64,000 nucleotides of DNA, from positions 2,110,001 through 2,174,000 of the forward strand of contig CM075995.1 in assembly GCA_038087875.1 (NCBI GenBank), in the 5' to 3' direction. The notes under the pieces were generated by a model that was not told the origin of the DNA, searched no databases, and saw nothing but the letters and a program-made list of their open reading frames with translations. The stretch is from Malacoraja senta. Taxonomy: Eukaryota. Both the position numbers and the translations under genes were made by a program. This document shows, piece by piece, positions 14,071 through 28,172 of this stretch. The first letter of the stretch is position 1; each line of letters opens with the position of its first letter.

Positions 14071-14959
14071 GCTTGAGAGACTCAAAATGTTGGAGTAATT
14101 CAGCGGGACAGGCAGCATCTCTGGAGAGAAGGAATGGGTGACGTTTTGCGACGAGACACTTCTTCAGACTTCAGAGTTTGAAGAAGGATATCGACGCGAA
14201 ACGTCACCCATTCCTGCTCTCCTGAGATGCTGCCTGTCCCGCTGAGTTACTCCAGCATTTTGTGTCTATCTTCCATTTAAACCAGCATCTGCAGTTCCTT
14301 CCTACACAAGTTTGAGAGACTGTTTGGCTTACTCTTGTTTCTACGCCTTGTATTTCTTATAAATACTCGAAAATGAAAAGCATAGAAGTATAGGGAAGCA
14401 ACAAGGAGGATGGAATAATTAGTTCACGTTCACAAGTTATAGGAGTTGAATTAGGCCATTTGGCCCATCGAGTCTACTCCACCATTCAATCATGGCTGAT
14501 CTCTGACTCCTAATCCCATTTTCCTGCCTTCTCCCTGAGGTGGATCATTCAAAGATTTAATGAAATCAGAAAAATAATTGCTATCCATGTTGTATCATGA
14601 GAGGAATAGATCAGGTAGATGCACAGAGTCTCTTGCCCAGAGTAGGGCAATCGAGGACCAAGGACATAGGTTCAAGGTGAAGGGGAAAAGATTTAATAGG
14701 AATCCAAGGGGTAACTTTTTCACACAAAGGGTGGTGGGTGTATGGAACAAGCTGCCAGAGGAGGTAGTTGAGGCTGGGACTACCCCATCATTTAAGAAAC
14801 AGTTAGACAGGTACATGGATGGGACAGGTTTGGAGGGATGTGGACCAAGTGCGGGCAATGTGGGACTAGTGTAGCTGGGACATTGCCGGTGTGGTCAAGT
14901 TGGACCGAAGGGCCTGTTTCTACAATGTAGCACTCTATGACTCTATCATAGTCATGGAG

Positions 14960-15525
14960 TCATAGAAAATAGGTGCAGGAGGAGGCCATTCGGCCCTTCG
15001 AGCCAGCACCGCCATTCATTGTGATCATGGCTGATCGTCCCCAATCAATAACCCGTGCCTGCCTTCTCCCCATATCCCTTGATTCCACTAGCCCCTAGAG
15101 CTCTATCTAACTCTCTCTTAAATCCATCCAGTGATTTGGCCTCCACTGCCCTCTGTGGCAGGGAATTCCACAAATTCACAACTCTCTGGGTGAAAAGTTT
15201 TTTTCTCACCTCAGTTAAATGGCCTCCCCTTTATTCTAAGACTGTGGTCCCTGGTTCTGGACTCGCCCAACATTGGGAACATTTTTCCTGCATCTAGCTT
15301 GTCCAGTCCTTTTATAATTTTATATGTTTCTATAAGATACCCCCTCATCCTTCTAAACTCCAGTGAATACAAGCCTAGCCTTTTCAATCTTTCCTCATAT
15401 GACAGTCCCGCCATCCCAAGGGATCAATCTCGTGAACCTACGCTGCACTGCCTCAATCATAAGGATGTCCTTCCTCAAATTAGAAGACCAAAACTGTACA
15501 CAATACTCCAGCTGTGGTCTTACCA
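14960..15525 (-). mobile_element. CR1 3' fragment
   Basis: ORF 15211-15414 reads [25 protein letters not shown]...GESRTRDHSLRIKG. Confidence 0.88.
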
Positions 15526-16034
15526 CATCTGTGTTGCCTTCTCTTCAAAAATACTTTGTTTACCGTGTTTGAGACATTCCGAGCTTTAAAAAGTGTAATA
15601 TAAATGTAAATGTTTATTCCTTCAACAGCCCATGTGTTTTATTGGTCATTATATTTACTTTTATGATGTAATGTTGACTTTCACACTCAAACATGCACAT
15701 TCAGCATGTTTCTTTTGATCTTTAAAAGTTACTGATCTACTGAAAAGTTACATAGTTGTTTGGTGTGCATGGCATTGTCAATACCTGTTTGGTTGCCTGG
15801 ATTTGAAGGTATTAGCTATCAGGAGTGGTTGGGCTATTTTTAACTGGAACTTCGAAGGCTGAGGGGAGTCCTGACACAAGTAGATACAATTATAAGCACA
15901 GTTAGAATCTTTTCAAAGGCCGGAAATGTCAAAGACTAGAGGTATAGCTTTAAGGGAGAAGGGAGATGTGTGGTGCACATTATTTTTTACAGAGGGAGGT
16001 GGAGGGTGCCTGGACCATGCTGCTAGGGGTAGTT

Positions 16035-16334
16035 TAGTTGAGAGATTCAGCATGGAAACAGGTCCTTTGGCCCACCGAGCCTGCGCTGACCAGCAATCCC
16101 CACACACTAACACTATCCTGCACACCTGGGACAACTTACAATTTTACCGAAGCCAATTAGCCGACAAACCTGTACGTCCTTGGAATGTGGGTAGAAACTG
16201 GAGCACATGGAGAAAACCCAAGCAGGTCACAATTAGAACATACAAATTCTGTATAGACAGCACCCATAGTCAGGATCGAACCCGGGTCTCTGGTGCTGTA
16301 AGGTAGTGACTCTACTGCTGCGCCACCGTGCCAC
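16035..16334 (-). mobile_element. tRNA-derived SINE
   Basis: Reverse complement of the SINE consensus, with a box B-like GGTTCGATCC. Confidence 0.8.
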
Positions 16335-16879
16335 TGGGTGGTGGTGTGGACAGACTGGATAGCACATTAAATAGTGGCATTTAAGAGGCTTTTAGATAAG
16401 ACACATGGATATGCAAGGAATTGAGGGATATTGGTCTCATGCAGCCAGAAAAACCTATCATGTTCAGTCCAGACATTGTGGGCCAAAGGGACTTTTACTC
16501 TGCTCCACTGTTCTTTTTATATTTGCTCAATCAGTTTCTTACATCAGTTTTGGAGAAGTCATATTCTTTCAAATCTTATAGAAATACACTATTCCCAGAT
16601 CTTTCGCCCGAAACGTTGCCTATTTCCTTCGCTCCATAGATGCTGCTGAGTTTCTCCAGCATTTTTGTGTACCTTCGATTTTCCAGCATCTGCAGTTCCT
16701 TCTTAAACAAGTTCAAATATACGTTGGTCCAATTATGTTAATAATGTACCTTCTTCAATCTCTTTGGGAATAGAACATATATAGTTGTCAATGTTAATAG
16801 CACAATATTAGAGGAGGCTTTGATCTCTACATCACTGTAGATATATTCCCGATATTTCGCCAACTTTCTAACTTAGTAG

Positions 16880-17305
16880 GCCCCCATCAGTCATGACTGA
16901 CAGGATGGGTGATGCATCCTGGTCGGATGCAAGCCTGGGCGATGTCATGTGGAGGACAGGCTGTTGCCCATGCAGCACGTCCCCCCCTCTCCACATCACT
17001 GATCAATCCAAAGGAACAGCAGGGTCGTTACAGTTTGGCACCAGCACCGTCGCAGGAGCTGCCAGAGCGAGTTTGTAGACAACGACGAACTGCCTTAGGG
17101 GCTCCGATTCCGGATTTTCTTGAGGTTTACTCCAGGAGCCTTTTCCATGACTGGATATGGCCACAAGGCAGTGGAGGTTTTAAATCAGAGTTTTCACTCT
17201 CCTAGGAGGACCGCCTTCCCAGGCTGACGAGCCCCATCTGCCCGAGACTCGTGGGGGCGGGAGCGTCTACCTTCCCGTGCAGGTCTATAGCACCTGCCCA
17301 CTGCC
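16880..17305 (+). mobile_element. Probable RTE-clade 5'-UTR-derived non-autonomous element
   Basis: Motifs GGATGCAAGCCTGGGC, GGACAGGCTGTTGCCCATGCAGCA, CAAGGCAGTGGAGGTTT and GGCTGACGAGCCCCATCT resemble RTE 5' UTRs as I recall them. No RT sequence follows. Confidence 0.45.
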
Positions 17306-19974
17306 CAGAAACTTACATAGAATAATACAGCACAGGAAGAGGCTCTTCGGCCCACAATGTTTTTGCCGAGCGAGATGCCATGTTAAATTAATCTGCTCTG
17401 CTTGCACGTGATCCATATTCCTCCGGTCCCTGCATATTCATGTCCGTATCCAAAAGCCTCTTTAATGCAACTATCCTATCTGCCTCAACTACCACTCCTG
17501 GCAGTTCGTTCCAGGCACTCATCACCCTCTGAGTAAAAAAAAACGCCTCACATATTCCCTTTAAACTTTGCCGCTTTCACCTTAAAGCCATACCCGCTGC
17601 TTGACATTTCCACTCTGGGAAAAAGATCTGACCGTCTACCTTATCTATGCCTCTCATAACTTGAGATACTTCCATCGGGTCTCCCTTCAGCCTCCGATGC
17701 TCCAGAGAAAACAATCCAAAGTTTGTCCAACCTCTCCTTGTAGCAAATAACCTCTGATCCAGTCTGCATTCTGGTAAATCTGTTCTTACAGAAAAGACGA
17801 TGAAGAAATGTTCATAAATTCTAGGAGCAGAATCAGGCCATTCGGCCCCTCAAGTCTACTCCTCCATTCAATCATGCCTGATGCCCTCTCAACCCCATTT
17901 TCCTGCCTTCTCCCCACAACCCCTGACACCCGTACTAATGCCTTTATTCCTACTATAACTGTAATCAATAATCTATCAATCTACGCCTTAAAAATACCCA
18001 ATTACTTAGCCTCCACAACCATCTATGGCAATGAATTCCATAGATTCACCACCCTTCGACTAAATAAATTCCCCCTCGTCTCCTTTCTAAAGGTATGTCC
18101 TTTTATTCTGAGGCTGTGGCTTCTGGTTGTAGATTAATCACAACCGGGTAAGTACCTTCTTGATTTTGATGCCTTCTTATGTTTGCTAAGACGAGGAAGT
18201 CAATATCAATTAAATGAGTTCTATGCAATGTATTATCCAGGCTCTGAAATATTGACTGCATTGTTGTAAATGTTTCAAATGGCACAACAGTACGTCTTCA
18301 GTACAAGTTGCTGTGTGAGAAATCAATGCCCTGCCAACAGACCAGAAGTGAGTTTGTCCTCACAATCTAAGAGTTAGTCCTCAAGAACAAAGGGGGACCA
18401 CCGTGAGAAGAGGGGGGGGAAGAGAGAACAAAGGACCCGTTGTGGGGGGACCACTGCGAGGGGGAGGGAGAACAAAGGTGGACCTGGTGTAGGGGGTCTG
18501 CTCTGAGCGGCGGGGGGGGGGGGGGGGGAGGCCAAAGGAGCCTGGCATGGGATACTTTGTAACTTTGTCACTGCCCTTTATGTGGTGATCCTTTGCATAC
18601 CTTGCAAAACAAAGAATCTCACTGTGACTTGTCACATGTGACAATACAGTATTCATTCATTCATTAAGTGAAAACCCCGATCCAATAAAAACAATGATCA
18701 TGGCATTTCAGTTCTAATCCAACAGGGGTTGAAGTTAAACACAACTATCAAAAGTGAAATAAATACTTTGAGAAGAATTCACAGGAATTCTAAGGAAAAA
18801 TTTTACCATGTTAATCCAGGTAAAATGATTCTATTAACAAAACAGATCTGATCTGATATGGAAAGGAAATAGTTTAGGAGCACTCCTAAATATTTTCTGC
18901 TCAGCAGTTTTAAGTAAATCAAATTCAACTAAATGATATTTGGATACATCAGTAATCATAGTCACATCCATTTAAAATAAGAAACAAAGGTTTTTTTTTG
19001 TCCTGTTGTAAATCTAGAAATAAAATGCCTCATAACCAAATGATTAAAAATGGCAACCTTTGCAGGGCAACTTAAGAGTAAAGAATAAATGCAATAAGCC
19101 AGATCATATTTAGATCTGTGTTTTCACACCTTACACCATTTATTTTTGTCTCCCTCTCCCCTGACTCTCGGTCTGAAGAAGGGTTTCGACCCGAAATGTC
19201 ACCCATTCCTTCTCCCCAGAGATGCTGCCTGTCCTGCTGAGTTACTCCAGCATTTTGTGTCTATCTTCAGTGTAAATCAGCATCTGCAGTTCCTTCCTAC
19301 ACATTTTGTCTGCTCCACTGCAAAATCTCCTCAAGATATGCCTTCTTTGACAGTTCCCCTCATCTCTCCGACGAGGGTTCTGCAACACCCTCTCTCGCTG
19401 CTCCCCCTGTGATTGCTCCAGCTCTCCAGCTCCACGAACATGTTTTAACCCAGACTTGTTATCACAGCAACGTGCGATTTTCTCTCAACTAACAATGTAC
19501 CATGAAACATTTCCTTGAGCTTCGTCCCCTTTGATCTATCTTCGGTGTAAACCAGCATCTGCAGTTCCTTCCTACAGAAGATCATATTTACCTTCTGTTG
19601 GTGTGTTTTAGGATAGTTAATTATCTAAACAGTTGCAATGTGCTTTCAGAAGATGAGGTGCTGCTCCTAGAGCTTGCACTGAGCTTCTTTGGAACAGCGG
19701 GGACACAAGGAACTGCAGAATGAATTCCCGATCTTCCAATCTACCTTGCACTTTTTTAAATCTGAACTTTCACTGCAGCTGTAAAACTACATTCTGCACT
19801 GTTTATTTACTCTTTTGTACTATCTGATGTACATGCGCCTTGATTGATTTGTCCGGATAGCACACAAAACAAAAGTTTTTCACTCTATCTCGGTGCACAT
19901 GACAATAGTAATTCAATACCAATATTAGGTTTGAAATTTGAATTAAGCGTGCACATGATAAATCCAAAAATTGG

Positions 19975-20022
19975 AAAAGGTGATGGTGAAAAGGTGATGG
20001 TGAAAAGGTGATGGTGAAAAGG
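19975..20022. repeat. 14-bp tandem repeat (GAAAAGGTGATGGT) x~3.5
   Basis: Read directly from the sequence. Confidence 0.9.
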
Positions 20023-21933
20023 TATCAGATTCAGTATACAAAAATCTGAAAAATCAAATTAATATGTAACTTGTCAAATTGGCTTGGTAACCATAGGATA
20101 TATTTGCAGCGACAATTCAATTATAAAATTACATGACTTGTGGGATTCAATATTCATATATTCTGACTTATTCAACTGACAATGTTCTCTGTTTTTCTGA
20201 CACTACAATTAAAGATCATGTTCCTAATCTGACAAGCTTTCAAAAGAACTCTTTCAACAAGTCATTCGCTCCTTTATTCACAAATACTCTGAAAATCTTC
20301 CTTGGGTCTCTCACTAAAACGGTGCAGGTATTATGTAGCATACATCCTGGTGTGGTAATTTTAAAATCAACCTTGATGGGCTGAATGGCCTAATTCTGCT
20401 CCTATCACTTATGTACATCAAAATCCTACATTTATTTCCACAAATCAACCTGTTTTGCTGGATAGACTGACTACCTGTTAAGTCGCTGTTGGGAAGTAAA
20501 AAAACTCAAAGATTTCTAATTTGTGATAAAACCATTAACAATATACATTGAAAAACATTTTGAAACCATCCTACACAACCATTACATAAAAATCAAGTTT
20601 CAACCTGCGACACTTCAGCTTTATATGACATTTAAACAGATGGATTATGATTATTAAGGTTCCCCCAAAAATACCTCAAAGGCTATACATGAAGCAGCTG
20701 TCTGTGCAATGCCTTTGTTTTTAACTGTTGAAGGTAATTTTTAATTAAGTCATTACGCATGGCCGTTGGCAAGGGCCTGTTTCGTGATTTTTCCTGAAGT
20801 CTGTGTGCTTTTGCTGCAGGAGCCCTTATCTCTGCAAACATTGTGGCTACACAGCAGATGGCTTTTTGTCAACACCTTTCGAATGGGGTTCTTGTGCAAA
20901 TAGATGTAAATAAGGGCTCACTGACAGGTTTCTCCTGAATAAAGCTGAAGGAACAAGGCAGAAAAATAGACCCATCTATTCTGAAGAGATAAAACAGAAA
21001 ATAAAGTGCTGATAATCCAAAATAAAATCAGAACATGACAAATACAAATCAGTGATAGATGCAAAATGCTGGAGTAACTCAGCAGGGTCAGGCAGCATCT
21101 CTGAAGAAAAGGAATAGGTGATGTTATTCGCGTCAAACCCCTTCTTTTACTCGTTTCTTGCGTCTATCTTTGGTTTAAACCAGCATCTGCAGTTCTTTCC
21201 CACACAAATACAAATCATTGACGCAAAAAGCCGGAGTAACTCAGCAGGTCAAGCAGCATTCTGGAGAAAAGGAACAGGTAACATATTGGGTCGAGACCCT
21301 TCTTCAGACTGAGTCAGGGGAAAGGGAAATCAGTGTTGCTGAGACCACAATGAAAAACTGGATGGAATACTTTCCCCCCATTTCTTCCCAACCTAGTATC
21401 CAGTTGGCAAACATTCCACACGGCAGCTATTCACACATGATTTTTCCTTCAATATAATACATTTCCTGTTCAATTAAGACACAAGGAACTGCAGAAGCTG
21501 GAATCTTGCTGGAATACAAAGTGCTGGAGGAACTCAGCAAGTCAAGCAGCAACTCTGCAGGATGTGAATAGGTGACATATCAGACTGGAGCAGGGTCCTG
21601 ACCCGAAACGACGCCTATCCATGCCCTCCAGAGATGCTGCCTGGATGGTTGGAAGTTCAAGACGTTGGTCAAAAATTCAACTGTGATATCGAAAAAAAGA
21701 TGTAGATCCCAAAATGTAATTACAACCTAAAAGTTGTCCAAATCCTGGACATCCTTATACATTAAAAGATAAAACTAAAATGAAGACTTGTGCATTTCAA
21801 ATGGCTTTCACCACCCTTTCAAAATATTCCAAAGTTCTTTCCAGACAACATACAACTTCTGACATGCAGTTACTGTTAGAGTGCAGAATCTGCCAATTTT
21901 ATACATAGTCAACCACTGGATATAGGGTCACGA

Positions 21934-22505
21934 TGGCACAGCGGTAGAGTTGTGTTTTACAGCGCCAGAGACCCGGGTTTGATTGTAACCACAGGTGCTG
22001 TCTGTATGGAGTTAGTACGTTCTCTCTATGACTGCGTGGATTTTCTCCAGATTTGTAGGTTAATTGGCATGGGTAAAAACTGTGAATTGTCCCCAGCGTG
22101 TACGGTAGTGCTAGTGTACGGGGTAATCGCTGGTCGGTGCGGACTCGGTGGGCCAAAGGGTCTGTTGTATCTCCAAAGTCTAAAGCTGTTTATAAATGTT
22201 GAAGAATAGACATTGACCAGGATTCCTGGAATCAGGCCCTTCGGCCCACAAAGTCCGGCCGACCAGCGATACCTGCACACTAACGCTATCCTACACACTC
22301 GAGAGACACAGTTTACAATCATCCCAAGCCAATTAACCTACCTGTACATCTTTGGAGTGTGGGAGGAAACCGGAAATATTGGAGAAAACCCGCACAGGTC
22401 ACAGGGAGAATGTACAAACTCTGTACAAACTAGCAGCCGTAGTCAGGATTGAATCCGGGTCCATGGCGCAGTAAGGCAGAAACTTTACCGCTCCACCATC
22501 ATGCA
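21934..22505. mobile_element. Tail-to-tail pair of tRNA-derived SINEs (+ ~21934-22185; - ~22230-22505)
   Basis: Both halves match the SINE consensus, in opposite orientations. Confidence 0.75.
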
Positions 22506-24004
22506 GCCATATATTTGTGAGCCATATACGAACTGCTGGAATTAAATGAACTGCTGGAATTTTAACAGTAATGAAATACATGTGATTAGCAAGGTTAACT
22601 TGACAACAAATTATTAAGATTTTGCTGCAGTAATTAAAAAATCAAATCAACCTGGGAGACGCAGGAACTGCACATGATGGAATTTCGAGTAAAACACAAA
22701 GTTCTGGAGTAACTTGGAGGGTCAGGCAGCATTTGTGGAGGGAATGGACAGATGAGATTTTGGATCGGTCGACCTAAAATGTCACATATCCACATTTTCC
22801 AGAGATGCTGCCTGACATGCTGAGCTACTCCAGCACTTTGCATGTTTAATCAAAGCAAGCTTGTTCTTTGCAGTTTATTGCAGTTGGCTTTAAATATTTT
22901 GGTCATTAACTCTCAAACACAGCAGGTGATCTCACAACAACATGTGACAAATCAACTACTTTAAAAGACAGTTTAGAATTACATACTATGAAACAACACA
23001 TTTAATCGTGCTCCCTTTAACCGGAACCTTTAGAAACTTTAGACTACAGATTGTCAAGTCAGGAACAAAGTGATCTGGAAGGAGAACTTTTACCCAGGGT
23101 AGGGGAATTGAGAACCAGAGGACATAGATTTAAGGAGAGGAAGGAAAGTTTTAATAGGAACCTGAGCAGCAGCTTTTTTACACAAAGGTTGGTAGGTATA
23201 TGGAACGAGCTGCAGGAGGAGGTAGTTGAGTCACAATGTACAATAAATATTTAGACGGGTACGTGGATAGGATAGGTTTAGGGGGATATGGGCCAAACGC
23301 AGGCAGGTGTGACTAGTGTAGATGAGGCATGTTAGTTGGCATGGGTAAGTTGGACTCGAGGGCCTGTTTCAACACTGTATGGCGCTATGACTCCAAGTAT
23401 TTGGATGTCACTTTCCCCAAACTGTGGGCTGATTAGCACAACATCAAAACACCAAGTTAGATTTTCCAGAAGCACTGAAGAATATTTCAGATCTTTTCAG
23501 CAGTTGAAATGTGTGATTCCCATCCACATAGTTTCCTATAACAAAATAAGTAAATAGAAGGCAAGGAAGTGTATTCATCCATAATTTTAACATCACTCTT
23601 ATGTGGGAAAATGTCTGAAACCAGAAGATAAATTCTGAACAAACAAAAACTGGCCAAATAATTATATTGAACAGTCTAAACTATTTTAAAAAAAAATATG
23701 CTTTTGCCTTTGGTAATTACAGATCCAGAATAACTAGCTACAGTTAATCAATATGATTGTGCAAAATAAGATATAAAAAGAATCGAGACATAAATAAAAT
23801 TGCTCGAAAAAGAATAATTCAGAAAGTATTCAAGTGTTGAGAGTAGCACAGTGGAGCAGATTGTAATGCCCTGCATTATAGCATTGGTGACCCGCATTCC
23901 ATCCTGACTTTTTTTTATAAAGAGATACAGCGCGGGACTTCCGGGACCGCAGGGTGCTGAATGTATCCTCAATAAAGATTGTATCATAGTTGTATAGTAG
24001 GTTA

Positions 24005-24571
24005 AGGCCCTTCGGCCCACCATGTCCACACCGGCCAGCGATCCCCGCACATTCATACTATTCTACACTCGCTAGGGACAATTTACACTTATACCAAGCC
24101 AATTAATAAACAATAGACAATAGGTGCAGGAGTAGGCCATTCGGCCCTTCGAGCCAGCACCGCCATTCAATGCTGATCATCCCCAATCAGTACCCCGTTC
24201 CTACCTTCTCCCCATATCCCCTGACTCAGCTATCTTTAAGAACCCTAGCTAGCTCTCTCTTGAAAGTATCCAGAGAACCGGCCTCCACCGCCCTCTGAGG
24301 CAGAGAATTGCACAGACTCACAACTCTGTGTGAAAAAGTGTTTCCTCGTCTCCATTCTAAATGGCTTACTCCTTATTCTTTTTATTAACCTACTTCTTAT
24401 TAACCTACAAACCTGTACGTCTTTGTAGTGTGGAAGGAAACGGAAGATCACGGAGAAAACCCACGCGTTCACGGGGGAACGTACAAACTCCGTACAGACA
24501 GCACCCGTAGTCGGGTTCGGACTACGGGTCTCTGGCGCTGCAAGGCAGCAACTTTACCGCTGCGCCACCGT
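24005..24571 (-). mobile_element. SINE interrupted by a short CR1 3' end (~24107-24380)
   Basis: The SINE sequence ...CCAATTAA|...|TTAACCTACAAACC is split by a CR1 tail starting ACAATAGACAATAGGTGC. Confidence 0.8.
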
Positions 24572-25971
24572 CATATCTGTGTGGAGTTTGTGTGTTCTCC
24601 CTATAACGTTGTGGATTTCCTCTCACATCCGAAAAATGTGCAAGATGGTTGGTTGATTTACACTATAAGCTTCCCCCAGAGTGCAGGTGAGTTAGAGAAT
24701 CGGGGGCAGTTGATAGGAATTGGGGGGGAAACAAAAATGGCATTTGGGAAAATTAGCGCAAATGGGCATTTGATGGTCGTTTGTGGTCTGGGTGGCCGGT
24801 AGGCCCTGTTTCCCGTTATATAGCACTATGATCATCACCTCATTCTCATCTTTATCCCAACCCTATTATTATCTATTTATTTCTGCCATTTTATTAAAAC
24901 CTGTTGCGTTTTAATACATTGACACAGTGAAATGTGATTACTTTATTAAGACACTTCAGATCGGGCTGCAAACATCTCCTTGTTATTACATTCTTACGAC
25001 TTGAGATGACAGACTAACATTTGAACTAAGTTTTGAAAGATTGACGTGTTACAGGAGATGGTGCCTTTCGGATGAGACATTAAAACTAGGTAAAATCTTC
25101 AGTCTCAGATAAACAAAGATTTTTGAGAAATATTTAAAGTGGAACAGAGGAGATCTATTATGAATCCCATCCCTTCTTCAGGACCTGGCAGTAATGAGTC
25201 ATAGAGTGTGGAAACAGGCCCTTCGGCTCAACCTATCCACACCGACCATCAACATGCCCCACCTAAACTAGTCTCACCTGCTTACCTTTGGCCCATATCC
25301 CTCTAAACCTGTCCTATCCATGTACCTGTCTATATGGTTGCAATAGTCATAAATCATAGAACAATACAACACAGGAACAATACAACACAAAGCCATCAGT
25401 TTGTACTGCTGTGTACAAACTGATGGCTTTTCCACATATTAGTGACTGCCTTTTTGAAAGTATCCGAACAGCCGTAAAGCAGTCTGAAAAACAAAAGTAG
25501 ACACAAAATGCTGGAGTAACTCAGCGGGAAAGGCAGCATCTCTGGAGAGAAGGAATGGGTGACGTTTCAGGTCGAGACCCTTCTTCAGAATGATTTAGAA
25601 AAACAATCCGGAATGTACTAGTAGTGATTGATTCACTCCTGTGTTATGCATTCTATGCAAATCTAATAAATCCCAAGGAAAACAATACCATTGTGAGTAC
25701 ACGCCTTCTTTTATATTTAAAACATTGGGAGGATCAAGTCATGATATAGTGCCAACATAGAACGTTCATTGTATAAGACACAATTATTTCAAGTTATTAC
25801 TGAACACCTGGTAATTAAACAATAAAATATATAAAATTTAACTCAGATAACCATTACACAGTTTATCTTTAAATCATTTTAAACAGATATTTCAATTACA
25901 GGCGGCCCACACATTGCGAAGGAACTCCGTTCGTACAAAATCGTCCGCTTCGCTAATTTCTGTAATGTGGG

Positions 25972-26277
25972 TGGCACAGTGGCGCAGTGATAGCATTGAT
26001 GCCTTACAGCGCCAGAGATCCGGGTTCGATCCTGACTTCGGGTACTGACTGTACGGAGTTTGTACATTTTCCCCGTGACCGCGTGGGTTTCCTCCGGGTG
26101 CTTCGGTTTTGTCCCTCACCCCAAAGACGTACAGGTTTGTAGGTTAATTGGCTTTGGTAAATTTGAAAATTGTATGTAGAATAGTGTGTGTAGAATAGTG
26201 CTAGTGCACAGGGTGATGGTAGGCGTGGACTCGGTGGACCGAAGGACCTGTTTCCACGCCGTATCTCTAAACTAAAC
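25972..26277 (+). mobile_element. Near full-length tRNA-derived SINE (HE1/V-SINE-like)
   Basis: Box A-like TGGCGCAGTGATAG and box B GGTTCGATCC, central TTTGTACATTTTCCCCGTGACCGCGTGGGTTTCCTCCGGGTGCT, and a TAAACTAAAC tail. Confidence 0.85.
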
Positions 26278-26449
26278 CTTTTCCCATTGAATCCCAGAGC
26301 ATTGATTTAAGCAGAGTTGCATTCCCACCAGATGTTTTTCTCTCCTATTTAGCCACTTTTGTCGGCAATGACAAAATGACCCACTACCATAATTTCACAG
26401 CTGAGGCTAACATCAGACACAGGAGATGAACAAGGCACATGTTAAGAAG

Positions 26450-26830
26450 AGTGAGGGGGGACCTCATTGAAGCGTAGTGAAAGGCTTGGATAGAGTGGAT
26501 GCAGAGAGGTAGGATGTTTCCACTAGTGGGAGTCTAGGACTAAAGGTCATGCATAGCCTCAGAATTAAAGGATGTTCTTTTAAGGAGGAGATAAGGAGAA
26601 ATTTATTTAGTCAGAGGATGATGAATCTGTGGAATTCTTTGCCACAGAAGGCTGTGGAGGCCGTCAGAGGATATTTTTAAGGCAGAGATAGATAGATTTT
26701 TGGTTAGTACAGGTATTAGAGGTTATGGGGAGAAAACAGGAGAATGGGGTTAGGAGGGAGAAATAGATCAGCCATGATTGAATGGCGGAGTATACTTGGC
26801 GTAATTCTAATCCAGCACTTATGACATGAT
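26450..26830 (+). mobile_element. CR1 3' fragment (third subfamily)
   Basis: Degraded GLDRVDAE..FPLVG.SRT.GH.SLRIKG signature. Related copies lie at 34020-34460 and 61358-62250. Confidence 0.75.
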
Positions 26831-28172
26831 ATTTTCTCGAGCCACTCAGACTGCAGGCTGCAGCAGTTAATGCAATGATTGATGGCAGAACAATTTCCCT
26901 CCTGGGATAAGTAAAGTTTTATCGTATCATATATTAGGTGAGACTAGTGAGGCCAGTGTAGATGGGGCATGTTGGCCAGTGTGGGCAAGTTGGGCCGAAG
27001 GGCTTGTTCACTCTATGACTCTATTACCATGATACTAGCTACTTAATTCATATTCATATTAGAACACAGAACAGCACAGCAATAGGCGCATCGGCCCACA
27101 ATGTCTGTACCGAACATGACGCCAAGACAAACTGCACATGATCAGCCTGCACATGATCCATATCCCTGCACATCCATGTACCTATCTAAAAGCCTCTTAA
27201 ATGCTACTGATGTATCCGCCTCCTCCACCAACACACCTGGCAGCAAGTTCCAAGCACCCACCACTCTCTATATTTAAAAAAATTGCCACGCACTTCTCCT
27301 TTAAACAATGACTTCTTAACACTTCTCACCTTAAACCTATGCCTCTAGCCTTTGACATTTCTACCCGGGGGAAAAGATTCTGACTATATATTCTGTATAT
27401 CCTATATATGCTTCTCGTAACTTTATATAATTCTATTAGGTCTGTAGGATCTACTGAATCCCACGACAGAAAGCAAAGAACAACCGACACTTAGCTGAGC
27501 CAGACACCACGTGTCTCGTTTATTCCTTTTACATACATTCTCACCAATCATAACCAGTGTGTAGATAAGGCCAAATAGTGCGTCTGAAACTTGGAGTTGT
27601 TATTGAGCTCTTGTGGCTGGACCTTCTCGTGAGGAGAAGGTGACAGACAGGCTGTATGCAAAACCAACATGGGCGTGAAGGCCCCACAGGTCTCTTCTCA
27701 ACCGCCAAAGCTCCAGAGAAAACGATCCAAGGCTGTCGAGACTCTCCTTGCAGCTAATATCCCCGAATCCAGGCAGCATTCCGGTAAACTGCTTCTGAAC
27801 GCTCTCCAAAGCCTACACATTCTTCCTGTAATGGGGCAACCATAACTGCATTCAATAATTCAAATGCGGCCTAATCAAAGTCTTATAAAGCTGCATCATG
27901 GCTTTCTGCCTCTTTACTCAATGCTCCAATGAATGAAGGCAAACATATCATAATGTCGTCTTTACCACCCTAATGTGTTGCCGTATTCATGGAGCTATGG
28001 ACTTGGACCCCAAGATCCATCTGTACATCATTGCAGTTGAGGTTCTTGCAATTATCTATATATTTTCCCCCTGTCATTTCTACACCCATTTCTATAGCTG
28101 ATCTATATCCCACTGCATACTTTGACAGCCTTCCTCGCAGTCCTCAACTCCAACAATCTTGGTGACAATTTA

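Noticed and set aside
20753..20944. Minus-strand exon with an in-frame TGA (LYSGETCQ*ALIYIY...ALANGHA*), suggesting selenocysteine or readthrough
   Set aside because: It has a good acceptor-like tract, but I recognise no homology, SECIS element or partner exons.
25972..26045. tRNA gene
   Set aside because: The tRNA-like A and B boxes run straight into a SINE body and tail, and there are many dispersed copies.
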